A stretch of 50,388 bases of DNA from Chitinivibrionales bacterium (GCA_038247415.1 JBBRUX010000028.1:1-50388); one strand, 5' to 3'; positions 33,090-43,766 are shown, numbered from the stretch's first letter. Numbers and translations: made by a program. Notes: generated by a model not told the origin, from the sequence alone.

Positions 33090-36000
33090 CTATTCTTTTC
33101 TCATCTCTGCAATAACCTTCTCAAACTCTTGCTTAATTTCCACAAACTGACCTATAAAAACACTTGTTTCTTTTCTGCGGGCGGCGTTTTCGAGCATTCC
33201 AAGCAGCTGTGCTAACCGCACAGCTCCCACAAGGCCTGCTGCCCCTTTAAGAGAATGCGATTGCATACAGGTATCATCTGGATTGTTTGCTTTGACAGCC
33301 GCTTCTATTTTGTTGACATACTCACCAGCGCGCAGCATAAACAGATTGATGCTTTCGTTAAAAAGTTCCTTATCATTGCCAAGCCGTTCCAATGCACCGA
33401 TCCTATCAAATACAACTTCTCGGGTTTGCGCCTTTACCTGTTCCACTGGTTGACAAACTGAATCTGGAGACAGCATTCGCTTGATGCTTGCGATAATATC
33501 GAGCAACCGTACTGGCTTTGAGACATAATCAGAGGCTCCCACAGAAAGACATCGCTCCCGGTCGCCTTTCATGGCATTTGCCGTCATTGCGATAATAGGG
33601 ATAGTTTCGTTCGCTTTTCCGGCCAGTCCTTTTCGTATCGATTCGATTGCTTCAAAACCATCCATCACGGGCATTTGAATATCCATAAAGACAAGGTCGT
33701 ATTTATTTTTGGTAATCATGCCTACTGCTTCGTGGCCATTTTCTACCGAATCTACAATAAGTCCTAATTTCTCGAGCATGGCTATTGCAACGCGCCTATT
33801 GATCGCATTGTCCTCGGCCAGAAGCACCGTGGTTATACTCCCTTTTTTTAAATCCAACGACATCGTTACAGGACTCGAGGCAACTTCTTTGAGAACCCCA
33901 TGAGCAGGAATTTGAGGTTGCGCTGTGATACTTGCAGAGGCAGCATTAACACTTAAGGGAATTGTGAACCAGAATCGAGATCCTTGATTGCCTTGGGTCG
34001 TAAATGACTCTAGGCCAATATCCCCGCCCATAAGCTCAACGAGTCTTTTACTAATAGAGAGGCCAAGCCCGGTGCCTCCAAAACGTCTTTTGGAAGAAGC
34101 ATCGACCTGGGTGAATGGATTAAAGAGTTCGCCAATGCGATCGGAAGGAATCCCTACCCCGGTATCGGAAATAGAAAACTTGATAACAGTAAGCGATGGC
34201 CCCATCATTTCTTTGGTGACAACAACATTGACACATCCCTGGTCTGTAAATTTTATTGCATTGCCAATGATATTCACAAGTACTTGACGTAATCGTCCTT
34301 CGTCACAATAAATTATGCGGGGAATGAGCGGATCGATTGAGACAGTGTAATCTATTTTTTTCTCCGAAGATTTTACCGCCATAATCATGCTTACGTCACG
34401 GACAACTGCCGTAAGATCTACAGGCGCGGTATCAATAGAGAGCTTTCCTGCCTCTATTTTAGAAAAATCGAGAATGTCATTAACAATTGACAAAAGCGCT
34501 TCGGAGCTCGATCGGATGGTGAGCAAAAAATCTCGTTGATCAGCATCAAGCGTTGTTTCTAGCAACAAATCACTCATTCCGATAATGCCATTCATGGGGG
34601 TTCGAATTTCGTGGCTCATATTCGCCAAGAAGCGACTTTTTGCGACATTTGCTTCTTCTGCTGTAAACCGAGCCTGCTTGATTTCGGTAATATCGATAAG
34701 ACTTCCAATAAGCCCGGCAATACGACCGGAACCATCGGAAAATGTTGCTTTTGAAAAGAGCACATCCCGAACCTGTTGATCTTTGGCTTTTATGAATCCT
34801 TCGTAGGTTTGCGTTCCTCCGTTTTCGAGCAATTCGTTATCGTGATCCCGATAATGTTCAGCCTGATGTTGGGCCCACAACTCCTCGACAGTCTTGCCGA
34901 CGATCTCTGCTTCCTTTACACCCATCACCGATTCGAATGCTCCATTACATCCGAGATAACGCCCTTTGGCATCCTTATAAAAAACAGCATTGGGTATCGT
35001 ATTAAAAAGTGCCTTTTGAAAACTCATGCGAATAGAAAGATCATTTTCTGCATTGAGCCGTTCGATAACCGTAGCAGCTTGCCTAACGAAGGTATCAATA
35101 AAATGCGTGTCAATTATTTTCATCTTTTTAAAACAAAAAAGATGAATTGCTCCGTAAATTTTATCCCCCCGAATAAGTCCGATTGTATTGACAGTAGATA
35201 TTCCTAAAAGGGCTTCGATGCTTTTAGTTATTGGGCGGGAAAGGGCAGATTTGGAAAATCCTCCTAAGCCTTCGGGGAACTCATAAAAACAACCCGTGCT
35301 AAAAATATCACGAAACCGAGGCTCAAGGGGAAACGAGGCGTCTTCGAGATCGAATTTTAGAAGTTTCTGAACTTTAAAGAGCAGGGATTTTTCCAAACCA
35401 TATATTTTTCTCACGCGCACGATACCCAAGGATTCATCAACGCTATTAACTACAATAATGGAATGGGGTACCATTTTTGAAAGTGTTTCGCCTGCATAGT
35501 TAAAAACAGCATCAACCGAGCTCAATGAAATAAGATCAGATGCGCTTGATGCGAGACCCTTGAGCATCTCTGTTCCTTCACGAGCATGCACCAACGCATT
35601 TTCTAACTGACGATTTTTTGAAAAAAGAAGTGCCTGATTTCCCGACCGTACTCTTTCGTAAAGCACCATCCCTAACGAGAGCGCACTATACGATCCAACA
35701 AATCGAAGCATATCCGGCATGGTAAATTTGGTGTCGATACCAAACTTATGCAAAACAATCACTTCGACAACGGCACAGGTCATATATCCGAAGGTAAGTA
35801 CTGTCCCCCAAAACGATCCAAGAAGGGACAATGCAAAAATAGGAAAACAATAGCTCCATACAAATCCAAAATGATCAAGGCCCAGACCAAAATTGTACAA
35901 AAAGAAAAATGCAATGGCAATTACTTCAAAAACCTTTGCAATTTTAATGCTTTTTGAAACATATACCTGAATTATAATGCCAAGAAAAACAACAACAATA

Positions 36001-36185
36001 ACCGCATCCAGTATTGCTTTACAATACTGTCCACCAAGGCACTCAAAAACCCCAAATAAAAAACCCATCAGCATGGTTATTACTGCCATTAAATAGACAA
36101 AAATAACCCCATACGATTCCTGGGGCTCTCCCACGACTTTGATAAAGCGAGTGCCAATAGATTTAAATAATGATCCAATACTCAT
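33090..36185 (-). CDS. Hybrid sensor histidine kinase (TM-GAF-like-PAS-HisKA-HATPase-REC-HPt)
   Basis: FLANMSHEIRTPMNG, NAIKFT, GGTGLGL, FMDIQMPVMDG and HSLKGAA motifs. Confidence 0.93.
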   Translation of the reverse strand: MSIGSLFKSIGTRFIKVVGEPQESYGVIFVYLMAVITMLMGFLFGVFECLGGQYCKAILDAVIVVVFLGIIIQVYVSKSIKIAKVFEVIAIAFFFLYNFGLGLDHFGFVWSYCFPIFALSLLGSFWGTVLTFGYMTCAVVEVIVLHKFGIDTKFTMPDMLRFVGSYSALSLGMVLYERVRSGNQALLFSKNRQLENALVHAREGTEMLKGLASSASDLISLSSVDAVFNYAGETLSKMVPHSIIVVNSVDESLGIVRVRKIYGLEKSLLFKVQKLLKFDLEDASFPLEPRFRDIFSTGCFYEFPEGLGGFSKSALSRPITKSIEALLGISTVNTIGLIRGDKIYGAIHLFCFKKMKIIDTHFIDTFVRQAATVIERLNAENDLSIRMSFQKALFNTIPNAVFYKDAKGRYLGCNGAFESVMGVKEAEIVGKTVEELWAQHQAEHYRDHDNELLENGGTQTYEGFIKAKDQQVRDVLFSKATFSDGSGRIAGLIGSLIDITEIKQARFTAEEANVAKSRFLANMSHEIRTPMNGIIGMSDLLLETTLDADQRDFLLTIRSSSEALLSIVNDILDFSKIEAGKLSIDTAPVDLTAVVRDVSMIMAVKSSEKKIDYTVSIDPLIPRIIYCDEGRLRQVLVNIIGNAIKFTDQGCVNVVVTKEMMGPSLTVIKFSISDTGVGIPSDRIGELFNPFTQVDASSKRRFGGTGLGLSISKRLVELMGGDIGLESFTTQGNQGSRFWFTIPLSVNAASASITAQPQIPAHGVLKEVASSPVTMSLDLKKGSITTVLLAEDNAINRRVAIAMLEKLGLIVDSVENGHEAVGMITKNKYDLVFMDIQMPVMDGFEAIESIRKGLAGKANETIPIIAMTANAMKGDRERCLSVGASDYVSKPVRLLDIIASIKRMLSPDSVCQPVEQVKAQTREVVFDRIGALERLGNDKELFNESINLFMLRAGEYVNKIEAAVKANNPDDTCMQSHSLKGAAGLVGAVRLAQLLGMLENAARRKETSVFIGQFVEIKQEFEKVIAEMRKE

Positions 36186-36644
36186 AAATACATGCGTGCC
36201 GTTAAAAATTATGGTTCAAGCGATCCTATAGTATACTGCAAAGATATTCTCCTGTGAAGGAATCTCCAAGAGAATAATTTTTTTTATCTATTTATTTTTT
36301 ATACCAGAGGGCCCTTTTAGACACTCAATTATACTATATTATTGCATAAAACGCCCTTTTTATCGCCTCATTATGATTATTTTTAAGCATTATCATTACA
36401 AAGAATGATTTTTGCAAATCTGTTATTGTCCCCACGCAACACGCTTATCTCATGAGTTTGAGCTCACAGTGTAACTTTCCTTTGATAACTGAATAAAGAC
36501 GCATTATCTTCGTAGTTACCATTATAGGTAAAGCCCTGAAATTATTTTGTCCTGTGTCCTGTATAAGCTAGTTATGAGTGCCTGGATTGAAATTGATTAC
36601 GATAGTACCAATCACTCGTGTATCAGCTCGTGTGATTTCTCTGG

Positions 36645-36672
36645 CCGGTGGTTGAGCTCGTCGAAACGATGC
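36645..36672 (+). repeat. Short REP-like repeat (GTCGAA family)
   Basis: CCGGTGGTTGAGCTCGTCGAAACGATGC; related to 39968-39995 and 47526-47544. Confidence 0.55.
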
Positions 36673-36708
36673 CCGAATATTCACGCTTCCATCCATAAGG
36701 AGAGTTTT

Positions 36709-37461
36709 ATGAAAAAAGTTTTGATCATCTCGGCTATTGCGTTTACGGTCATCTTTTTCACAGGCTGTTATACCGAATTTATAGCTGTGAACCACGCTCC
36801 CTATGCTGGAAAAACCACAGAAAACGGAAAAGATACTATTGTAGTACGTGAAAAAGTTGAAGTCCTTTCCCGACCCGATAATCAGACCTGCTACTGGACG
36901 CAAGATTTTTTTGGTAGGCCATTTCTCAAATGCGTTAGTAGCATATATGATCGAAACTGGTATGTATACAATAACTACCCCTGGTGGTATCGAGAAGGCT
37001 CCTACTACTACGACGATGCTGGCCGCTGCCCTCAATATTACTTCTACGATCCTTCGTGCGGGTGCTGCAAATACTACTCATCCTACTCAAGTACGGGGAG
37101 TGGTGGAGCGCCGAGCACGCCTGTTGCGCCCACAAGCACAATTCGTAGACGCACCCTCGATTCCTCTCCACCGCAGGCCGCACCAACGCCATCGCTTAAT
37201 AAACTTCCTTCTGTGAGTGGAGGGACAAGCCCAACGGTAACCGTAACACCTGTGCCCATTATACGACGCTCCATGGATACCCCCGCTCCAGCTCCTTCGG
37301 AAGCATCAAAAGAGCAACAGCTCCAAAAAGATGCCTCGGACACACAAACGGAACCATCTCCCGCTGTTGAGCAAACTCCCACGGTACAACCAAGTCTGGT
37401 TCCTGCAGATTCTAGCAGAAAAAACTCAGAACCTCGTCCCCTCAGAAGAAGGTCTTTATGA
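36709..37461 (+). CDS. Hypothetical lipoprotein with Tyr/Cys-rich core and Pro/Ser/Thr-rich tail
   Basis: AAGGAG RBS and lipoprotein signal MKKVLIISAIAFTVIFFTGC; the 36547 start in the ORF track is too long. Confidence 0.8.
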   Translation: MKKVLIISAIAFTVIFFTGCYTEFIAVNHAPYAGKTTENGKDTIVVREKVEVLSRPDNQTCYWTQDFFGRPFLKCVSSIYDRNWYVYNNYPWWYREGSYYYDDAGRCPQYYFYDPSCGCCKYYSSYSSTGSGGAPSTPVAPTSTIRRRTLDSSPPQAAPTPSLNKLPSVSGGTSPTVTVTPVPIIRRSMDTPAPAPSEASKEQQLQKDASDTQTEPSPAVEQTPTVQPSLVPADSSRKNSEPRPLRRRSL

Positions 37462-38654
37462 CACTCCGAATACACTACAAACAGCTAATCGCAGCACTTT
37501 TTCTTATTGTGTTAACCAGCACCAGCAGTGCTCAGGATGTTCGCTTTCAGCATATAGGGTTTGGCGCCCGATCGAGTGCTCTAGCCAACAACTGCGTCGC
37601 CCTCTCTTCCGATCAATCGGTTATGTATTATAATCCGGGGGCCATGGGGTTTATTCCCATCCGAGAGTTTTCTTTTGGAGTCAATGGACTTACAACAGCA
37701 TCGAGTGCCTCTGACGGTGCAACCAGCGGCACTGCTTCTTTTTCTCGGGTACATTTGAGCCAGCTTGGAGGCATTTGGGCACTTCCGGTTTCTCAAGGGG
37801 GAGCATCTTGTGCCTTTGGCTTCAATTCCCCCTATACTGCCGATGAAACAACCGATTTGACAATGAATATCAAGAGCGGTTCAACGAACATTTTTAACAA
37901 AGCATTTGGTCAACTCAATTATTTCACGGGTGCTTTTGGTATTCAAGTAGCGCCAGGGCTAGGTGTTGGAGGAGCAGTCTCTTTTCTGATAGGTTCTGGC
38001 TACCGCTATTTTGGAATCACTGATAGCAGCAATTCATGGGCTGACACCTATATACGGCGCTATGTTGGCGTAGGTATCAGAGGCGGGATACTCTATAAAA
38101 TCAATGAAATAAACTCCCTTGGGCTGCGCATTGTTCTACCCCAAACACTTGGTTTTAGTGGAACGTTGACAGATTCTACGAGGACTGTCACACTAACAGA
38201 AGATGATCCAGGCCTTTTGACATCCCCTCTATCAGGAGCCTTTGGATATGCACTCTCATTACCATTTTTGCTTATTTCTAGCGAACTTCGGGCCACAACG
38301 CCAAATCCGACAGCACCAATAAATAGTTTTGAAGCATCTTTTAAGGTTGGCGGCGGGGGAGGCGTTGAAATTCCAATTGGAAAAAGCCTAATCCTGAGAG
38401 GGGGATACTCATATGATGAATATGATCCGTCTCCATTTACATACGAATATTCTATTCCCCGCGTATCAGATCCCTCACACCTTACTATTTTAAAAAATCA
38501 GACTACACTCTCGGCTGGTGCCGGATTTATTCTGCAATCAAATGTTTCTCTCGATATTGGCTATAGCACCGTATCTTATGAACTCCAGAAATCATCATAT
38601 TCGCAAAAGAACACTAATCAACGTGTTAATGCTCAATTCTCAATTCGCTATTAA
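37458..38654 (+). CDS. FadL/OmpP1-like outer-membrane beta-barrel
   Basis: Signal peptide, GARSSAL...A..D.S.MYYNPGAM, LRGGY, C-terminal aromatic residue. Confidence 0.8.
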   Translation: MTLRIHYKQLIAALFLIVLTSTSSAQDVRFQHIGFGARSSALANNCVALSSDQSVMYYNPGAMGFIPIREFSFGVNGLTTASSASDGATSGTASFSRVHLSQLGGIWALPVSQGGASCAFGFNSPYTADETTDLTMNIKSGSTNIFNKAFGQLNYFTGAFGIQVAPGLGVGGAVSFLIGSGYRYFGITDSSNSWADTYIRRYVGVGIRGGILYKINEINSLGLRIVLPQTLGFSGTLTDSTRTVTLTEDDPGLLTSPLSGAFGYALSLPFLLISSELRATTPNPTAPINSFEASFKVGGGGGVEIPIGKSLILRGGYSYDEYDPSPFTYEYSIPRVSDPSHLTILKNQTTLSAGAGFILQSNVSLDIGYSTVSYELQKSSYSQKNTNQRVNAQFSIRY

Positions 38655-38666
38655 CCTTTGGAAACT

Positions 38667-39125
38667 ATGAAATCGATTCAGCTCTTTACAGATGGCGCTT
38701 GTAGTGGAAATCCTGGACCAGGTGCATATGGGGCAATTCTCTGTTGCGAATCGCACCGCAAAGAACTTTCTGGGGGGTATAAAAACACTACCAACAATCG
38801 TATGGAAATCATGGGTGTTATTGCTGGCCTTATGGCCCTTAAAGAACCCTGTGCAGTTACCATAACCACCGATTCTCAATATGTGGTTAATGCTATAAGT
38901 AAAGGATGGGCTAAAAAGTGGCGCTCAAACGGATGGAAACGAAACAAAAACGAACCCGCGCTCAATTCCGACCTCTGGGCAAAACTCCTTGATTTGTGTG
39001 ATATCCATACAATCACTATGGTATGGGTGCGCGGCCACGCAGGGCATGCCGAAAATGAACGGTGCGACGAACTAGCTGTTGCTGCCATTCGCAATCCCCC
39101 ACTTCTGGACGACATCAAAACATAA
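38667..39125 (+). CDS. rnhA: Ribonuclease HI
   Basis: TDGACSGNPGPG, TTNNRME, TDSQYV and WVRGHAGHAENERCD motifs. Confidence 0.96.
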   Translation: MKSIQLFTDGACSGNPGPGAYGAILCCESHRKELSGGYKNTTNNRMEIMGVIAGLMALKEPCAVTITTDSQYVVNAISKGWAKKWRSNGWKRNKNEPALNSDLWAKLLDLCDIHTITMVWVRGHAGHAENERCDELAVAAIRNPPLLDDIKT

Positions 39126-39886
39126 TGACTCTGCGTATTCATACACTGCCTGCACTCGATGATAATTATATCTTTGCACTAGAGAAAAAGGGTTTCTGCG
39201 TTATTATCGATCCTGCAAAGGCGAAACCAATACTAACTTTTCTTTTTCAAAATTCCTTAACGCTTGCGGGTATTATTGTTACCCATCATCATTTCGACCA
39301 TATAGGCGGGGTAGCAGAACTTGTAAACACATTTAAATGCCCGGTGTATGGCCCCAAAGACCCTCGCCTTGCCTTCGTAACGACACCGCTTGAACCGGAC
39401 ATCGAATTTTCGATTAAAGATATGGTACTTTTGCCCATTGCTACTCCGGGTCACACGTCGTCGCATATGTCATTCTATTGCCACGAGGCTAACGCTTTAT
39501 TTTCGGGAGACACCCTTTTTGGCTGCGGGTGCGGAAGAATTTTTGACGGCACTGCAATCCAGATGTACAACTCGTTTGTGCGCCTTGGCTCTATACCTCC
39601 TGATACTTGGGTTTACTGTGCGCATGAATATACCCAGGATAATATCGCGTTTGCAAAAACCATCGATCCTTCTAACATTCTGCTTGTGCAAAGAGGGAAA
39701 ACGGTCCTCGCACTCAGAAACAAAAAAATTCCTTCTGTTCCGTTTCTTCTCTCAGATGATTTTGCCACCAATCCGTTTTTTAGAACCAGCTCATTTACGC
39801 TACGCGCGTCGCTCGGGTTTACCCACACCAATCCACCCGACAGTGTTGTTTTCGCAACCTTGCGAAACATGAAAGATTTGTTTTAA
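39125..39886 (+). CDS. gloB: Hydroxyacylglutathione hydrolase (glyoxalase II)
   Basis: DNY, THHHFDHIGG, TPGHT, GDTLF..GCGR and CAHEYT motifs; TAATG coupling to rnhA. Confidence 0.92.
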   Translation: MTLRIHTLPALDDNYIFALEKKGFCVIIDPAKAKPILTFLFQNSLTLAGIIVTHHHFDHIGGVAELVNTFKCPVYGPKDPRLAFVTTPLEPDIEFSIKDMVLLPIATPGHTSSHMSFYCHEANALFSGDTLFGCGCGRIFDGTAIQMYNSFVRLGSIPPDTWVYCAHEYTQDNIAFAKTIDPSNILLVQRGKTVLALRNKKIPSVPFLLSDDFATNPFFRTSSFTLRASLGFTHTNPPDSVVFATLRNMKDLF

Positions 39887-39967
39887 AAAAGTTAGATGCT
39901 TACAAAGTGATAACGATCCTAGAATCACCCGTCTGCGGGTGTTGATATTGTCAAGGTCTTCTGCTTC

Positions 39968-39995
39968 CCGGTCGTTGATTTTGTCGAAACGATGC
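39968..39995 (+). repeat. Short REP-like repeat (GTCGAA family)
   Basis: CCGGTCGTTGATTTTGTCGAAACGATGC; 24/28 identical to 36645-36672. Confidence 0.55.
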
Positions 39996-40039
39996 GGATT
40001 TGGGCTCCCTTTTTAACATCCTATAAACTTTCTCTTTTC

Positions 40040-40053
40040 TTGATCCACATCAA
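40040..40053 (+). promoter_or_regulatory. Crp/Fnr-family (FNR/HcpR/DNR-type) binding site
   Basis: Perfect TTGAT-CCAC-ATCAA upstream of the hcp operon; -10 TATATT at 40076-40081. Confidence 0.8.
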
Positions 40054-40146
40054 GAAAGCCCCTCCCCGTATGGGGTATATTTATTACGTACCACTGATGA
40101 CATCGCAGCATCGATCAAAAAAAACAGTTACAGCATGGAGATCCGC

Positions 40147-40986
40147 ATGGAACGAAGCATTATTACAATAGATGAAGCAAATTGCAACGGATGTGGCGAA
40201 TGTATCCCAAATTGCCCAGAAGGCGCAATTCAGATTATCGACAATAAAGCACGTTTGGTATCAGACCTTATGTGTGATGGGCTTGGAGCATGTTTAGGTC
40301 ATTGCCCCCAAGGCGCTATTACCACTATAAAGCGCGAAGCCGAAGCCTATGACGAGCGCAAAGTCATGGCAAATATCGTTAAGCAGGGCGAAAATACCAT
40401 TAAAGCTCATCTTATTCACCTTAGAGACCATAATCAAACCGAATTTTTGAACATCGCACTTGTTTATCTCAAAGAAAATCGTATCGAAAATCCTCTACTT
40501 AAGGAGACTGCAATGAATACCCCTCATACCGGATGTCCCGGATCGCACACGCAATCGTTTGATGCACCGGCAACCGATGCGTCTTCTGACGCAGGGGATA
40601 GACCATCGCATTTGACCCATTGGCCAGTTCAAATGCATCTGATGTCGCCCCAGGCACCTGCGTATCAAAACGCCGATGTTCTTTTGGCAGCCGACTGCAC
40701 AGCATATGCACTGGGTGATTTTCATAAAAACTTTCTAAAAGGAAAGGCTCTGGCCATTGCATGCCCAAAGCTTGACGATGGGCAAAATATCTATAGCGAT
40801 AAAATTGTATCGCTTATTGACGATGCAAAAATCAATACGCTTACCGTTCTTATTATGCAAGTCCCGTGCTGTGGAGGGCTTTTGCGCCTTGCGCAAGCAG
40901 CGGCCGCAACGGCAACACGAAAGATTCCTATAAAATCTGTTGTTGTAAGCCTCCAAGGAACTATTTTGAAAGAAGAATGGCTTTAA
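40147..40986 (+). CDS. 4Fe-4S binding protein co-transcribed with hcp
   Basis: CNGCGECIPNCPEGA, CDGLGACLGHCP, WPVQ, ACPKLD and VPCC motifs. Confidence 0.88.
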   Translation: MERSIITIDEANCNGCGECIPNCPEGAIQIIDNKARLVSDLMCDGLGACLGHCPQGAITTIKREAEAYDERKVMANIVKQGENTIKAHLIHLRDHNQTEFLNIALVYLKENRIENPLLKETAMNTPHTGCPGSHTQSFDAPATDASSDAGDRPSHLTHWPVQMHLMSPQAPAYQNADVLLAADCTAYALGDFHKNFLKGKALAIACPKLDDGQNIYSDKIVSLIDDAKINTLTVLIMQVPCCGGLLRLAQAAAATATRKIPIKSVVVSLQGTILKEEWL

Positions 40987-41043
40987 GAGAGCTATTTTAA
41001 TATGATACTATCCCGCTTTTATTAATTTACAAAAGGAGTGTTT

Positions 41044-42684
41044 ATGGAAATGTTTTGCTATCAGTGTGAACAAACAGCTAAAGGTACCGGATGTAACATC
41101 AGCGGTGTTTGTGGTAAGAAACCCGACATCTCTGCTTTACAAGATTTAATTGTCTACCAGCTTAAAGGTATTGGCTGGTATGCTCATCAAGCAAGAAAGC
41201 ATGGTCAATCGGATCGTGGTGTAGATACTTTTATTATCGAAGCACTCTTTTCAACGGTTACCAATGTCAACTTTGATGGCCCCCGTCTCGAAGCAATTAT
41301 TCATAAAGGCGAAGCCATTAAGCGTATTATTGCAGCAATCTATCAAAAAGCCATTTTTGGCACCAGCGAAAATCTGACTGTTCCTGCATCTGCAACATTT
41401 GTCCCTTCTGTCACGTCGGATAAGCTTGCCGAACAAGCAGCAAAACTGAGCATTGTCAATGATTCTCCCAATGTAGACCTTCGTTCGCTTATGCACCTTC
41501 TTGTGTATGGACTAAAGGGAATGGCAGCTTATGCAGATCACGCTCTCATTCTTGGCGAAACCGACGATTCCATCTTCGCATTTCTTGCCGAAGCACTTGC
41601 AGCCCTCAACGACAACACCCTTGGTGTTGACGAACTTGTTGCGCTTAACATGAAATGCGGCACAGTTAACATCACGACCATGGAAATTCTTGATAGAGCT
41701 CATACCACTCGTTATGGACATCCGCAGCCAACTCCTGTTTCTACAGGATACAAAGCTGGCCCAGCGATTGTTGTTACCGGGCATGATCTTCTCGATCTCG
41801 AACTTCTTCTTAAGCAAACCGAAGGTAGTGGTGTAAACATTTATACCCACGGCGAAATGCTTCCTGCTCATGGCTATCCTGGGCTTAAAAAGTACAAACA
41901 CCTCGTAGGCCATTTTGGTACTGCATGGCAGAATCAACAAGCTGAATTTGATGGTGTTCCGGCTGCATTTCTCTTTACAACGAATTGCATTCAGAAACCA
42001 AAAGATTCCTATATCAAGAATGTCTTTACAACAGGATTAGTTGCATGGCCCGATGTTGCGCATGTTGCAAATCGCGATTTTGGCCCGGTTATTGCCCGTG
42101 CAAAAGAGCTTGGCGGATTAACGGCACACGAAGGCAAAAATCTTATGACTGGCTTTGGTCATAATGCTGTTCTTTCGGTTGCCGATAAGGTTATAGCAGG
42201 CGTAAAAAGCGGCGCAATCAAGCATTTCTTCTTGGTTGGGGGTTGCGATGGTGCAAAACCCGGTCGTAATTATTATACCGAATTTGTAGAAAAAACACCA
42301 AAGGATACCGTAATTCTTACGCTTGCCTGCGGTAAATTCAGATTCAACCACCTCGAGCTTGGCGATATTGGCGGCATCCCTCGATTACTTGACGTTGGTC
42401 AATGTAACGACGCCTATTCTGCCGTTAAAATTGCCATGGCACTTGCGTCTGCATTCGAATGTGGCGTTAATGACCTTCCCTTGTCGCTTATTCTTTCGTG
42501 GTACGAGCAAAAAGCGGTTGTTATTCTGCTTTCGCTCTTGTCACTCGGCATCAAGAATATCCGCCTTGGACCAACATTGCCAGCATTTATTACACCAACC
42601 GTTCTTTCGGTTCTTGTCAATGCATTTGACATTAAGCCAATCACAACGGCTGATGCAGACCTCAAGGCAATCTTAACCAAGTAG
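41044..42684 (+). CDS. hcp: Hybrid cluster protein (hydroxylamine reductase)
   Basis: MFCYQCEQT...C...GVCGK, GHDL, YTHGEMLPAH, GGCDG, GQCND and SWYEQKA motifs. Confidence 0.97.
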   Translation: MEMFCYQCEQTAKGTGCNISGVCGKKPDISALQDLIVYQLKGIGWYAHQARKHGQSDRGVDTFIIEALFSTVTNVNFDGPRLEAIIHKGEAIKRIIAAIYQKAIFGTSENLTVPASATFVPSVTSDKLAEQAAKLSIVNDSPNVDLRSLMHLLVYGLKGMAAYADHALILGETDDSIFAFLAEALAALNDNTLGVDELVALNMKCGTVNITTMEILDRAHTTRYGHPQPTPVSTGYKAGPAIVVTGHDLLDLELLLKQTEGSGVNIYTHGEMLPAHGYPGLKKYKHLVGHFGTAWQNQQAEFDGVPAAFLFTTNCIQKPKDSYIKNVFTTGLVAWPDVAHVANRDFGPVIARAKELGGLTAHEGKNLMTGFGHNAVLSVADKVIAGVKSGAIKHFFLVGGCDGAKPGRNYYTEFVEKTPKDTVILTLACGKFRFNHLELGDIGGIPRLLDVGQCNDAYSAVKIAMALASAFECGVNDLPLSLILSWYEQKAVVILLSLLSLGIKNIRLGPTLPAFITPTVLSVLVNAFDIKPITTADADLKAILTK

Positions 42685-42699
42685 TCTTTTTGCACACAG

Positions 42700-42742
42700 A
42701 AATGCTGGAATAATCACCTCGATTATTCCAGCATTTATTTTT
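42700..42742 (+). terminator. Intrinsic terminator after hcp
   Basis: AAATGCTGGAATAATC / GATTATTCCAGCATTT stem followed by a T-rich tail. Confidence 0.75.
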
Positions 42743-42748
42743 AATCCT

Positions 42749-43453
42749 ATGCGTATAACTTTTTTCCAACACGTTGCCTTCGAAGACCCCGGACATATTC
42801 TTGTGTGGGCTCAAGAACGCAATCACGAAGTTCGCGTTATTCATCTTTATCGTAGCGAAGTAATCCCGAGCATTTCCTCATTAGACATGCTTGTTGTCAT
42901 GGGTGGACCAATGGGCGTTTACGATGACGCTGCCTTCCCTTTTTTATCAGAAGAAAAAGCACTCATTGCAGCCTGTATCAAACAGCGCAAAAAAATTCTG
43001 GGGATTTGTTTGGGAGCGCAGCTGATAGCATGCGCAGCGGGAGCAGCGGTTTACAAAAACAAGCAACGAGAAATTGGATGGTTTCCTCTTGTTAAAGAAT
43101 CGGCAGGCATGAATTCGCCTTTGTTTTCGGCCTTTGCAAACAAAGAAATTGTTTTTCACTGGCACGGCGACACCTACGATCTACCCACACGCGCCACACA
43201 CCTTGTAAGCTCTATGGCTACCTCACATCAGGCATTTATTCTTGATTCATGCGCATTGGGATTGCAATTTCACATCGAAACCACCCCCCAAAGCCTTGCT
43301 GCGCTTATTCAAAATTGCAAGCACGAACTTACTGCCGACACGTATGTACAATCGGAAAAACGTATTATTGCAGAAGCTGCTTTACATTACAACAAAATGC
43401 ACACGCTGCTCTATGCGCTTCTCGATGCTTTTACAGAACGCTCGTTTATTTAA
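42749..43453 (+). CDS. Type 1 glutamine amidotransferase
   Basis: MGGPMGV, GICLGAQL, HWHGD and LQFHIE motifs. Confidence 0.9.
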   Translation: MRITFFQHVAFEDPGHILVWAQERNHEVRVIHLYRSEVIPSISSLDMLVVMGGPMGVYDDAAFPFLSEEKALIAACIKQRKKILGICLGAQLIACAAGAAVYKNKQREIGWFPLVKESAGMNSPLFSAFANKEIVFHWHGDTYDLPTRATHLVSSMATSHQAFILDSCALGLQFHIETTPQSLAALIQNCKHELTADTYVQSEKRIIAEAALHYNKMHTLLYALLDAFTERSFI

Positions 43454-43766
43454 GGGCTTCTTCGATTGCCGCACTATAGCCCTGCTCGGATTGCGCTCCT
43501 ACCAATTGTTTCACAACCTTGCCACTCTTAAAAATGAGGACAGAGGGGATCCCGGTAATGCTATAGGCCGAGGCTGTTTGAGGATTTTCGTCTACATTTA
43601 GTTTGTAAACTTTAAAGCGTCCATTGGCAGTCTTTTCGATTTTATCGATTATAGGACCAACGAGCCTACATGGCCCACACCAGGGAGCCCAAAAATCTAC
43701 CACCACAGGGATATCGGAGGATAAAACCTCCTGTTGAAACGTTGCATCGGTAGTCCGAGACGTCAT
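43446..43766 (-). CDS. trxA: Thioredoxin
   Basis: DFWAPWCGPC and GIP motifs; AAGGAG RBS before ATG 43766; possible in-frame TM extension from GTG 43889. Confidence 0.92.
   Translation of the reverse strand: MTSRTTDATFQQEVLSSDIPVVVDFWAPWCGPCRLVGPIIDKIEKTANGRFKVYKLNVDENPQTASAYSITGIPSVLIFKSGKVVKQLVGAQSEQGYSAAIEEALK

Noticed and set aside
36368..36398. Fur-box-like ATAAT/ATTAT repeats upstream of the lipoprotein-barrel pair
   Set aside because: Poor match in very AT-rich DNA; not distinguishable from background.
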